Source of the DNA: Macrostomum lignano | Taxonomy: Eukaryota | DNA: 64,000 nt | Assembly (NCBI GenBank): GCA_002269645.1 | Contig: NIVC01000126.1 | Coordinates: 930,001-994,000, forward strand | Reading direction: 5' to 3' | In this document: one piece after another, positions 15,865 through 28,192 of the stretch | Position numbering within the stretch: position 1 is the stretch's first letter | Layout: each line of letters starts with the position of its first letter | The notes under the pieces: model-generated | The model's input: the letters and a program-made list of their open reading frames with translations, nothing else | The model's database searches: none | Told to the model about the DNA's origin: nothing | Position numbers and translations under genes: made by a program

Positions 15865-18797
15865 CACGCCTATGCAGAAGCTGAAAAATGGGGAAAGAAA
15901 ATTCCCTAAGAAACTGATGCTTTTCCCAGCCCCAATGACCTATGCAGATTTTAAAAACAGTGTCAGACAAATCTAATCGCCTTGTCCAAAAATAATAGAA
16001 TGGAAAATTGAAATTATGTGTTCTCAGCTGCATGTTCAGTATTAGATTCGTCAGTTGCGCCATTGCAAGTAGTGAAAACAATTGCGTAACAAGAGCAGGC
16101 ATCACAATGCTGTACATTATTAGATAGAAATTTTGGCAGACAACTCAAATGTACATATTTATTGAGATCTATTGTGATTAAGGGATTGAGAAACAATGAA
16201 CAGACTATGTACATTCATAAAGTAGAACATGCCTCTTATCACAAGTTTGCTAACACGCAGACTTCCTTTGAAAATAAAGTTGCAGTCAATTGAAACAATT
16301 ACCCTCAGTACTCAAATCAGTTCTCTGGCCTCGCGATGCCAAACTTTCGACGCACACATGAAGAGAATCGTATCTGGTGCTGCATCCTCTGCTTCTGCAA
16401 AGCCGATCGCGTTATTTCAGCTGCTCAGGCAGAACTCATCGAGCAATTTATCCTGCCAGAATTCTGTCATGCCTACATCCGTAATACTCTGCCAGGAGGC
16501 ATGTGCAGCTGCTGCAGCAAGAAATTGCAGTCACAGACGTCACCTGTACCGCAAAAACTGCCTGCTCGACTGCCATACCTTCAAATTGTTGCAGATTTGG
16601 AGGTTTTGCCACAACTCACACGTGAGCATCCGCACTGCTCCTGCTGTATCTGCCAGGTAGTTTCCAGCCCATCAAACAAGCGGGTGGCGGTCTGGCACCC
16701 ATACATGTCTGACAGCAGCCGGGCCAACCATAAATTGCCCCAAGGACGACCTGCAGAAACAACTCGAAGCCAGGACAGAGACTCGGAGAAGCGCTGCACT
16801 AGGTGCCACTCACTTGTGGGCAAAGGCCTAAGGCACGAGTGCAGCGTCTCCAGCAAGTTGCAGTACCTGCGCACGCTCAGCCCTACATCAAAAGAGCACA
16901 TCGCTCATGACGTGATGCGTGAAAAGCTAAGAGCAGCAGCAGCATCAGGACATGGATCAACGGCTTCTATTTCCAGCGCCACCGGTGGCCCACCAATGCA
17001 GCTGAGGCATGCAAGTGATTCAAATGAGCAGAGAGCGCTGAGGACCGAGACACTAGTAACGTTAAAGACATCTCTCAATCTGAGTGACCGGCAGACAAAC
17101 ATGGCAGCCACAATTATCAGGCAGGCGGAGGGCAGTCGTAAGGCCGTGCAACCCGGACTGCGGGCAGCTCTGGCAGCCGCAGGCAGCATCGCGGAGAGTT
17201 TTTTTGAGATGCGGCAGCTCAAATTCACTCAAAAGTCCTCAGGTGGCAGCTTTACTGATACCACAAGATGTTCCGTCATATGCCCCGATCTGCAGGGCCT
17301 GCTGAGCTTCATTTGCTCAAAGCGAGGATTTAGTGAGTTCGATGTGAGATTGAAGCTGGGGATGGACGGAGGTGGTGGCTCGCTAAAAATCTGCCTTAGT
17401 GTCGCCCCAGTACTGCCTACCGAACCACAGGCAGAGTCCACACCTAAGAAGCTGAGCAGGGAGTCGCGAATAAGCAACTTTGGCGTAAAAAAACTGTTTA
17501 TCATCGCGATTGCTGAGGATGTCCAGGAGAACTATGCAAATGTGCGAGCACTTCTAGATGAGCTAGACTTGACATCGATTAAGTTCACAGTCGCTTGCGA
17601 CTTCAAGCTAGCCAACATCCTGTGTGGCCTTCAAAGTCATGCCGCAGCTCATCCTTGTCTCTACTGTGAGGGGCAGGCGCCGTGGCAAGTTGCCGGTTCC
17701 ATAAGAACCCTTGGATCCATTCGTCGGATGGCCACGGCATTCGAGGCTGCTGGTAGCTGCCAGCGACTGGCAAGAAACTACGCAAGCTGTGTCAGACAGC
17801 CTCTTCTCCCTGGGGCTGATTCTACGCCAATGCTGGACCTCGTGCCACCACCAGAGCTGCACATCATGCTTGGTGTGACCAACAAACTGCTCGATCAGCT
17901 GAACTCAGCTTGGGGCGACGACAAGGCATACAAGTGGGCGCATTCAGCTGGAATCTGTCGCGAGCAGTACCACGGCGGGTGTCTGGAAGGCCCTGCGTGT
18001 GTCAGATTGCTGCTTAAAGCTCAAGAGCTCAAGAGCAACCTGCCATCAAGGCTCCAGGGCTATGCGTCTGCTCTCATGGCATTCGATACTGTTCGCCAAG
18101 CATGCTTTGGGCAACAGCTGATGAGCGACTTTTGCCAGAAGATTGCCCAGCTGGAATCCTGCTGCGCTGAACTGAAGCTGGTGCCGACACCTAAGATGCA
18201 CGCCCTTTTCCACCATGTTCCGGAGTTCTGCGAGCGATTCAACTCAGGCCTTGGGACCTTCAGTGAGCAGGCAGTCGAGTCTGCACACAGCGACTTTCGT
18301 TCGACGTGGCAGCGGTTTCGCAGGCCTCTGGGGCATGTGCAGTATGCAGAATGCCTGCTGCGCGCAGTTGTTAGCTACAATTCCAGCCATATTTGATGTC
18401 AAGCATTTTCATGCCTGCAAAGATTTCTAGGATTTAGCTTGTGTACTTAATATCCATGCACACTTTATTCCATACGGACATTAGCAATAATAAGTGCATG
18501 GTTCTCATTTTATAATATTAATACTAATACAGTTGCACGTTCCTTTAATGATTAAAATTAATATTAAAACTACGAACTTATATTAACATTAATATTATCG
18601 ATGGGTTTCGCCTTAAATACCTATCATATTACATGTAATTTGCATATAATATAAAAAATTCATATTACCATTTTTGACAAGGCGATTAGATTTGTCTGAC
18701 ACTGTTTTTGAAATCTGCATAGGTCATTGGGGCTGGGAAAAGCATCAGTTTCTTTGGGAATTTTCTTTCCCCATTTTTCAGCTTCTGCATAGGCGTG
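15865..18797 (+). mobile_element. Chapaev-type (CMC) DNA transposon, apparently autonomous, 2933 bp
   Basis: 122-bp TIRs (15865-15986, 18676-18797) starting CACGCCTATGCAG with 2 mismatches. TSD TCAC (15861-15864, 18798-18801). One internal transposase ORF. Confidence 0.88.
16336..18396 (+). CDS. Chapaev/RAG1-core-like DDE transposase, 686 aa, intronless
   Basis: N-terminal Cys/His clusters (HEENRIWCCILC, MCSCC, CSCCIC, CTRC..H.C). Core motifs GMDGGG, ACDFKL..LCGLQS..HPCLYC, PPELHIMLG, KMHALFHH and FSEQAVESAH. Confidence 0.9.
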   Translation: MPNFRRTHEENRIWCCILCFCKADRVISAAQAELIEQFILPEFCHAYIRNTLPGGMCSCCSKKLQSQTSPVPQKLPARLPYLQIVADLEVLPQLTREHPHCSCCICQVVSSPSNKRVAVWHPYMSDSSRANHKLPQGRPAETTRSQDRDSEKRCTRCHSLVGKGLRHECSVSSKLQYLRTLSPTSKEHIAHDVMREKLRAAAASGHGSTASISSATGGPPMQLRHASDSNEQRALRTETLVTLKTSLNLSDRQTNMAATIIRQAEGSRKAVQPGLRAALAAAGSIAESFFEMRQLKFTQKSSGGSFTDTTRCSVICPDLQGLLSFICSKRGFSEFDVRLKLGMDGGGGSLKICLSVAPVLPTEPQAESTPKKLSRESRISNFGVKKLFIIAIAEDVQENYANVRALLDELDLTSIKFTVACDFKLANILCGLQSHAAAHPCLYCEGQAPWQVAGSIRTLGSIRRMATAFEAAGSCQRLARNYASCVRQPLLPGADSTPMLDLVPPPELHIMLGVTNKLLDQLNSAWGDDKAYKWAHSAGICREQYHGGCLEGPACVRLLLKAQELKSNLPSRLQGYASALMAFDTVRQACFGQQLMSDFCQKIAQLESCCAELKLVPTPKMHALFHHVPEFCERFNSGLGTFSEQAVESAHSDFRSTWQRFRRPLGHVQYAECLLRAVVSYNSSHI

Positions 18798-19033
18798 TCA
18801 CCCTCTGTGCTCTCTCACCCTCCGTGCTCTCTCACCCTCTGTGCTCTCTCACCCTCTGTGCTCTCTCACCCTCTGTGCTCTCTCACCCTCTGTGCTCTCT
18901 CACCCTCTGTGCTCTCTCACCCTCTGTGCTCTCTCACCCTGTGTGCTCTCTCACACTCTGTGCTCTCTCACCCTCTGTGCTCTCTCACCCTCTGTGCTCT
19001 CTCACCCTCTGTGCTCTCTCACCCTCTGTGCTC
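18798..19033. repeat. 17-bp minisatellite (CTCTGTGCTCTCTCACC)n split by the transposon (left part 15841-15864)
   Basis: Array phase is restored exactly when the element plus one TSD is removed. Confidence 0.92.
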
Positions 19034-19693
19034 AGCAGGAGTGCATTTCATAACTTTGCATAACACAACATATCGCCATTCTGCCAGGAAATCGATATAC
19101 TGTTTGCACCAAACCAACTGCACCTGTAATAAAGGGGCCCGGCAGGTCTTCGCATCCAGCTGCACAGGAAATAGAGCTTCCTGTTTACATTTAAGCCGTT
19201 GACGGAGTGAGGTGGAATAAAAAACAATGAACTAGAGATAATTAAATGAAGCTTCTCCTATGGGAAGGCGTTTAGACAGCTCCCCAAACAGCGTTGGCCC
19301 AACGCTAATGATATCCAGAAACGCGGAAGCAATGAATCGACTGCCAGCTAGTCCGCATGCATTATACAACCGCAAACTATTCCATTCCCATAACTTTTTG
19401 GCCAGAGGCCTTGCGCAGTAACTGCTAGAAAAAATGCTAATTAAAATTTGCGGATGACAGTAATAAATCCACCAAAATAAAAATGATGGGATAGAGCTAG
19501 AAAAATATCTTTGCTGAAAAACAATTATTGGCAAGTTTCCATGACGATTGGTCTCTATATTTTATAAACACTCTATTCAAACGGTCAGCGTTTTTGCTTT
19601 GCTTAGCCTATGTGCAATATCTGCAACAAAATACTTCTCAAAATGCCCAAAGTGCTAATATGGCTGCTGCTTACTTTTTATGGTAAGAGCTCT

Positions 19694-20670
19694 CTACCTA
19701 CCTACCTACCTACATACCTACCTACCTAACTACCTACCTACCTACTACCAACCTACCTACCCACCTACCTACCCACCTACCTACCTACCTATCTACCTAC
19801 CACAGTTTTAGGCTTAGATAATGGTAGGTTGTCACAGTTTTAGGCTAAGATAATGGTAGGTTGTCACACGGTTTTAGGCTTCGATAATGGTAGATTGTCA
19901 CAGTTTTAGGCTTAGATAATGGTAGGTTGTCACAGTTTTAGGCTTAGATAATGGTAGATTGTCACAGTTTTAGGCTTAGATAATGGTAGGTTGTCACAGT
20001 TTTAGGCTTAGATAATGGTAGATTGTCACAGTTTTAGGCTTAGATAATGGTAGGTTGTCACAGTTTTAGGCTTAGATAATGGTAGGTTGTCACAGTTTTA
20101 GGCTTAGATAATGGTAGGTTGTCACACGGTTTTAGGCTTCGATAATGGTAGATTGTCACAGTTTTAGGCTTAGATAATGGTAGGTTGTCACAGTTTTAGG
20201 CTTAGATAATGGTAGATTGTCACAGTTTTAGGCTTAGATAATGGTAGGTTGTCACAGTTTTAGGCTTAGATAATGGTAGGTTGTCACACGGTTTTAGGCT
20301 TGGATAATGGTAGGTTGTCACACGGTTTTAGGCTTAGATAATGGTAGGTTGTCACAGTTTTAGGCTTAGATAATGGTAGATTGTCACACGGTTTTAGGCT
20401 TCGATAATGGTAGATTGTCACAGTTTTAGGCTTAGATAATGGTAGATTGTCACAGTTTTAGGCTTAGATAATGGTAGGTTGTCACAGTTTTAGGCTTAGA
20501 TAATGGTAGGTTGTCACAGTTTTAGGCTTAGATAATGGTAGGTTGTCACAGTTTTAGGCTTAGATAATGGTAGGTTGTCACAGTTTTGGGCTTAGATAAT
20601 GGTAGGTTGTCACAGTTTTAGGCTTAGATAATGGTAGGTTGTCACAGTTTTAGGCTTAAATAATGGTAGT
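19694..20670. repeat. (CCTA)n followed by a 32-bp minisatellite (CACAGTTTTAGGCTTAGATAATGGTAGGTTGT)n
   Basis: Direct tandem repeats. Confidence 0.95.
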
Positions 20671-21087
20671 TTGTCCACCGTAGATTCCATTTGCTCGCTA
20701 GCAATGCTCATGATGTTGCAAATATTTCATCCTGCATCGCTGATATCAGATCCAATAGCATGATGAACCACGGGCACCCATTAAACGGCAACGCTCAAAA
20801 CTTCATTCGTTGCTGCAGGCAAACTAATGCATTTTTGTCAGCTCTAACAAGCGGTCAGTGGGTTAACGGAGGCGGAGGCCATGAGCTGCAATTATGAGAT
20901 TAAAAATGCTCATTAAAACTTGACCCCCGTCTGTCATAAGTCTCTCATTGAATGAACGATGGAACTAAATGAAATTATCGACTAAAGGGAATAAATAGAA
21001 ACGAAATTTGCATTAAGTTGGCAAATTTCTAGGCTTACTCTTAAAATTTGCATCGACTGCCCAGGCTCTCTTCAAACATTTTCTAAC

Positions 21088-23168
<2,081 letters not shown>

Positions 23169-23639
23169 CAGTCTGTGAAGTGAAACGAAGGCGCCGTTAG
23201 CAAGAGGATGGGAGAAATCAGCCGACACGCGCGTGATGCGTGAACAAGCATCCAGCCTTGGCAGCAACTCCCCAGATGCACAAGATCTGCATGCCTAAAA
23301 ATAGTCCTGATGATCGGCGAGCAAGAAGCCCAGCCATGCGACCCTCGCGTGATGCATGCACAACCTCTGACCGACACTGCCTATTGGGCCTCGAAATCCC
23401 ACTCTCTCTCCCTACTGCTCCTATTCCTCGTTGCTCGCGTACAGTGTGCTAGCTTATAAAATATACTGATTGAAGAGGAAAGATCCTCGCCTGAAGTTTG
23501 AGAATGTGACTCTAGAGATCACACAGAGAAAGTTACCATCAGGTCCATTGTTCGTTGTCTTCCTGAACTGTTGGCAGAAGGAAACGATAATATGGGAAAA
23601 ACCCATATAAATTTTTCGTTTCATCTGTGCTGTTCATCT

Positions 23640-23803
<164 letters not shown>

Positions 23804-24360
23804 CGCGACAGTTTTAATCTTTTTTCCTTTTGCTTTTTATGCTTATGCTTTTGCTTTTTAAAATCAGCCTATATTTCTGCTACTGACAAAACCAGCGTTA
23901 ACTAGACTAGATGTCGCAACAAAATCTCGGGATTGAGCGCCGCGAGAAGACGCTACATTTTTAGTTTTTGCGCATGAAAATCGCCTGATCGGTCTTTTGA
24001 TTCGATATGCAACTGATATCTACGCATTCCCCTGGGCGCATAGGGTGCAGACTGTGTCAAACTTCAACTCTTTTGATGTGACATCTGCTTACTTTTCTGT
24101 CTGTTTGTCTGCGTCACTTCTATCCGTCAAATTTTCATATTTATTTTTGTATGCAGTAACTGCTGTCAATCTAAAAAACTTCACACAGAGGATGCCAGCT
24201 TAAGTTTCGAAAGAGAGACTGAAGTGATATCTAGGAAAACTTTTTCCATCTGCTACTCTTGACCGTAAACTGTTTTTCGCTTGCCCAAATCTAAAATCGA
24301 TATAATGCTCTGAAATACAACGATGTTCTGTCGTTTAAATTATGAATCTTTTAATTAAAT

Positions 24361-27338
24361 TGTAAGAGCCGTTCCCCTGAATTACCGGCAGCAAGTGGAC
24401 AAGAAAATTAGCGAGATGCGGCGTCACGGGATTATCGAGCCGTCTTGCAGTCCATGGGCGAGTAATCTGCTTGTGGTGCGAAAGAAAAACAACGAGATTC
24501 GAATCTGCACCGACTGGAGAGCCCTCAACTCGTGCACCGTGAAGGACGCCTACCCGCTGCCTCCGCTGTCTGCTGCGCTGGACGCGCTCACTGGAAGCAG
24601 TTGGTTCAGCACTCTTGACCTCCGCCAAGGGTTCCTGCAGGTTGAGCTGCGAGAGCAAGACCGGGAGAAGACCGCTTTCTACACCACGCAGGGCCTGATG
24701 CAGTACAGGAAACTCGGGTTCGGCCTCTGCAACGCCCCGGCAACCTTTCAGCGCCTGATGGACCTAACGATGGCCGGCCTGAACTGGACAGAGGTGCTCA
24801 CGTACATGGACGATCTGATTCTGTTTAGTCAGACCTTCGAGAAGCATGCGGAAACACTGGAACAGGTCCTGGGAAGACTGCAGTCTGCTGGCCTCAAATT
24901 GAACAAACGCAAGAGCTACTTCTGCTTCCAGGAGGTTGAGTACCTAGGACACAAAATCTCGGCAGAAGGCATTCGACCAACTCAGGACAAGGTCAGCGCT
25001 ATCCAGTCCATCCCGATACCCGAATGCGCTGAGGATGTTCGCCGGCTTGTCGGCATGCTGGGCTTCTACCGGCGTTTCGTTCCGCACTTCGCCAGCATCG
25101 CTAATCCGCTTCATCAGGCGACTCAGAAGAGTCGACAGTTTCAATGGACAACTCAGTGCGATGACGCTCTGCGGAAGCTGAAGTCAGCTCTGTCGACACC
25201 ACCCGTACTGAAGCTGCCTGACTACTCCAAGGGATTCCGGTTGTGCTGTGACAGCAGCGGAGTGGCCATCGCCGGCGTCCTGAGCCAGCTCCACGAAGAT
25301 GCCGAGTGTCCGGTAGCCTACGCGTCGAGAGTCCTGAACAAAGCGGAGCGCAATTATTCGACTACCCACAGAGAGTTTCTTGCGGTGGTCTGGGCGATGA
25401 AGCATTTCCGGAACTACTTGGCGTTCGCTGGCGAAATTCTCGTCTTCACCGACCACAAGCCGTTGCAAGGACTGCTCAACACGAAGGAGCCAGAAGGCCG
25501 GCTAGCCAGATGGATTACGTTTCTGCAGGAGATCAACTTCAAGCTGCTCTTCAGACCTGGTCGCGAAAACGTGGTTGCGGACGCACTGAGCCGAGCAGCG
25601 GCGACCCGGCTGCACCCTGCCTGGTCGGACAACGACATCCGTGTAGCGCAGGCTGACGACCCAGTGCTAGCGGCGGCTCGACAAGTGCTCCTCGGACAAA
25701 GGCCAAGACGTGGCAAGGCTGCAGATGACGCAGAACACCTGGTGAGGACAGAGAAGCTGGACCTTGGTGAAGATGGCGTCCTCAAGAAGAGTGGCCAACC
25801 CGTCATCCCGCGGCAGCTTCGCCAGGACCTGCTGCAGCTGCTGCACGACGATCCTGTAAGCGGGCACCTCGGAACCGAAAGGACGCTGGCCAGAGTCGTC
25901 AGCAGAGCTTGGTGGCCCGGCCTAAAGGACGACGTCCAGCACTGGGTGAGCAGCTGCGAAGTGTGTCAGCGTCGCAAGGTACCGCATCAGCACCAGAGGG
26001 CACCGCTGCAGATCAACACCGTGCCATCAGCTCCTTGGGAGATGGTGCAGGTGGACATCAAAGGGCCCCTCCCAGAGACTGAAGCCGGCCTCAGGTACAT
26101 CATCTGCTTCACGGACGTGTTTTCCAAGTGGGTTGAGGCGACCGCGGTGTCCAACATTGAGGCCCGGACGGTTGCGGATGCGCTGCTAAGGAGTGTCGTT
26201 CTTCGCCACGGAGCGCCCGAAGTCATCCACTCCGATCAGGGTCGTCAGTTTGAAAGTGACATCTTCCAAGAGCTGTGCCGCCTGCTGGATATTCGCAAGA
26301 CAAGAACGACACCCTTCCATCCCAGCGGCAACCCTGCAGTCGAGCGGTTCAACCGAACATTAGGCGACATGCTGGCGGCGTACTGCATGGAACAGCAGAA
26401 CAAATGGGCGGACTTCCTGCCGTACGTCATCTGGGCGTACAACTCTTCAGCACACTGCACCACCAAGAGGTCGCCCTACGCAGTGCTTCACGGATGTGAC
26501 CCCAGGATCCCGGCAGAGCTCAGTTTACCTGCAGGCGGCGAAAGGAGGCTCGTCACGGACACGCTGGCAGACGCTCGCACCGGCTTGCAGCTCGTGCGGC
26601 AGCGCCTGCAGTCGACACAGCGGTCACGGAAGCAGCAGTACGACAAGTGCCAGCACTTCACGCCGATCCAAGTCGGGCAGCTGGTGATGCTCAGCAACCC
26701 GGCGGTGTTGAAGGGCCAGTCCAAGGCTCTCCGTCGGCGGTGGCTGGGACCGTACCGCGTGCTCGAGAGGCTGGGCCCCGTCACCTACCGGATCTCAAAA
26801 CCCGCCGGCCGGAGACGAAGCACGGTGGTGCATCACGACCGGCTCAAGCTGTTCGTGCGCAGGCGGCCGCAGCCCGCTTCCTGGCAGTCCGCCCCGACTC
26901 CGCCCGCTGCAGAGGCCGGCCGACCGCCCAGCCCGGCTGTCGATCCGCGGCTGACCTGGACGGACTTGCTGGATGAGCCGACCGCAGTCGGCCCTCGGCG
27001 TTCTGCAAGGACTCGAAGACCGCCTGATTTTTATGCTGCGCAAAACTAGTTTACTGGTTCATTTTTTTGCTATTCGTGCATTTTTAATTCTCATGGTTTT
27101 ACTGCCTCTTTTGTCTTTTCGCAGTTTTTTATTATCCTCAATTTAGGGAAGGAGTGATGTAAGAGGCGTGAATGTTTTCGCTGTTGTGTGGTTGTTATTG
27201 AGTCGGAGTTATTCATCTGCAAATAATCGCGATGTACATTGATTGATGTACATTGCAAATATATAAATCGTTGCGCGTGGCTTTAGCCACTTCGTGTGTT
27301 TTTGGTCTCGCTTAACTCTCGCCTTCTCTCAGTTTACA
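24361..27338 (+). mobile_element. Ty3/Gypsy LTR retrotransposon with a 5' internal deletion (no gag or protease; 5' LTR reduced to 8 bp)
   Basis: PPT-like AGGGAAGGAGTGA precedes a 3' LTR TGTAAGAG...TTACA (27158-27338). TGTAAGAG also occurs at 24361-24368. AAAT flanks both ends. Confidence 0.88.
24395..27049 (+). CDS. pol: Gypsy pol: RT, RNase H, H2C2 zinc finger, integrase core and GPY/F tail (884 aa, no stops)
   Basis: SPWASNLLVV, RICTDWRALN, LDLRQGF, FGLCNAPATFQ, YMDD, CDSSGVAI, TDHKPL, H..GH..C..C, VDIKGP, SDQGRQF, VERFNRTL, WLGPYRV; RT-RH-IN order. Confidence 0.97.
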   Translation: MDKKISEMRRHGIIEPSCSPWASNLLVVRKKNNEIRICTDWRALNSCTVKDAYPLPPLSAALDALTGSSWFSTLDLRQGFLQVELREQDREKTAFYTTQGLMQYRKLGFGLCNAPATFQRLMDLTMAGLNWTEVLTYMDDLILFSQTFEKHAETLEQVLGRLQSAGLKLNKRKSYFCFQEVEYLGHKISAEGIRPTQDKVSAIQSIPIPECAEDVRRLVGMLGFYRRFVPHFASIANPLHQATQKSRQFQWTTQCDDALRKLKSALSTPPVLKLPDYSKGFRLCCDSSGVAIAGVLSQLHEDAECPVAYASRVLNKAERNYSTTHREFLAVVWAMKHFRNYLAFAGEILVFTDHKPLQGLLNTKEPEGRLARWITFLQEINFKLLFRPGRENVVADALSRAAATRLHPAWSDNDIRVAQADDPVLAAARQVLLGQRPRRGKAADDAEHLVRTEKLDLGEDGVLKKSGQPVIPRQLRQDLLQLLHDDPVSGHLGTERTLARVVSRAWWPGLKDDVQHWVSSCEVCQRRKVPHQHQRAPLQINTVPSAPWEMVQVDIKGPLPETEAGLRYIICFTDVFSKWVEATAVSNIEARTVADALLRSVVLRHGAPEVIHSDQGRQFESDIFQELCRLLDIRKTRTTPFHPSGNPAVERFNRTLGDMLAAYCMEQQNKWADFLPYVIWAYNSSAHCTTKRSPYAVLHGCDPRIPAELSLPAGGERRLVTDTLADARTGLQLVRQRLQSTQRSRKQQYDKCQHFTPIQVGQLVMLSNPAVLKGQSKALRRRWLGPYRVLERLGPVTYRISKPAGRRRSTVVHHDRLKLFVRRRPQPASWQSAPTPPAAEAGRPPSPAVDPRLTWTDLLDEPTAVGPRRSARTRRPPDFYAAQN

Positions 27339-28192
27339 AAATAATAAACAACTTTCCTGTCCAGATAAAACGGAAACGAAACGTGTTATTTTATTAAACT
27401 GATTATTCGGATGATTTAGGTGAGCAGGGGTTGTAATGAATTTAGTAAAATCTATTTAGCTCGGCATATAGATGACAAAAAACTTTTGAAAAGCAAATGC
27501 AAGCTGGAACATTACAATAAGTCTCTTTATTGTGTTACCAACCCACAATAGCAAGTGAGCGCTATTAAGCCCTCATCGCACTCAACATCAACGCTATTAA
27601 GTGGAACGAAGTTTTATGACATAAATCTTTTGTTTGAATTGAAACAGAGCTCGCATCGCGAAGTTTTATTTTTTCAGTTTTATTGCGCTTTATAAGCATT
27701 TTTAAAGATTTTCAATCCATTCAAAGTCTTCATATGGTCACAGACCATAGTGTAGGAGGCAGCCATTTTAAAGCATATCGCCAACGCTGCATGCAGTGAG
27801 CAACTTCGTAGCGATTGTAAAATTATGGTCTGAAATATATGCAGATGCGAGCAACCATCGGTTATTGAAGTCTCTTCGACGCCACATGAAGCTTTTTGTC
27901 TGTCTGTTTAGCTTCATGTAGCTGTGGCTGCGTAGTCTTGTGTACAGTTGCTGTGTGCACCTCTGGCACAGGTAAACTCGCACAGGGGCAGAGATAAATA
28001 GGGGTTTAAGGTAAGAGTAGTGGGCAATGTAGCTCGTACAATGACCATCCAACGCTCTGTGATGATGGCTTTTTCTTTCTCCAGTTTTGCTAGCCTCGCT
28101 ACCCTATTTAAGACATTTCGAATGCGATGAAATTGTAAACGCAGCCGACTGTTTTAACCATTTTTACAAGCACAGAAATAAGCAACAATATT

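Noticed and set aside
15865-15895. RAG recombination-signal-like end
   Set aside because: Only the initial CAC matches; no CACAGTG heptamer or ACAAAAACC nonamer, and no RAG2-like ORF in the element.
16581-18430. Antisense and alternative-frame ORFs in the transposase, pol, TRP and glycine-rich genes
   Set aside because: Shadow ORFs of GC-rich coding sequence.
15655-19202. Cryptic plus-strand exons flanking the transposon-split array
   Set aside because: In-frame joins can be constructed, but there is no recognisable product, start or homology, and the region overlaps the probable 3' UTR of the calmodulin-like gene.
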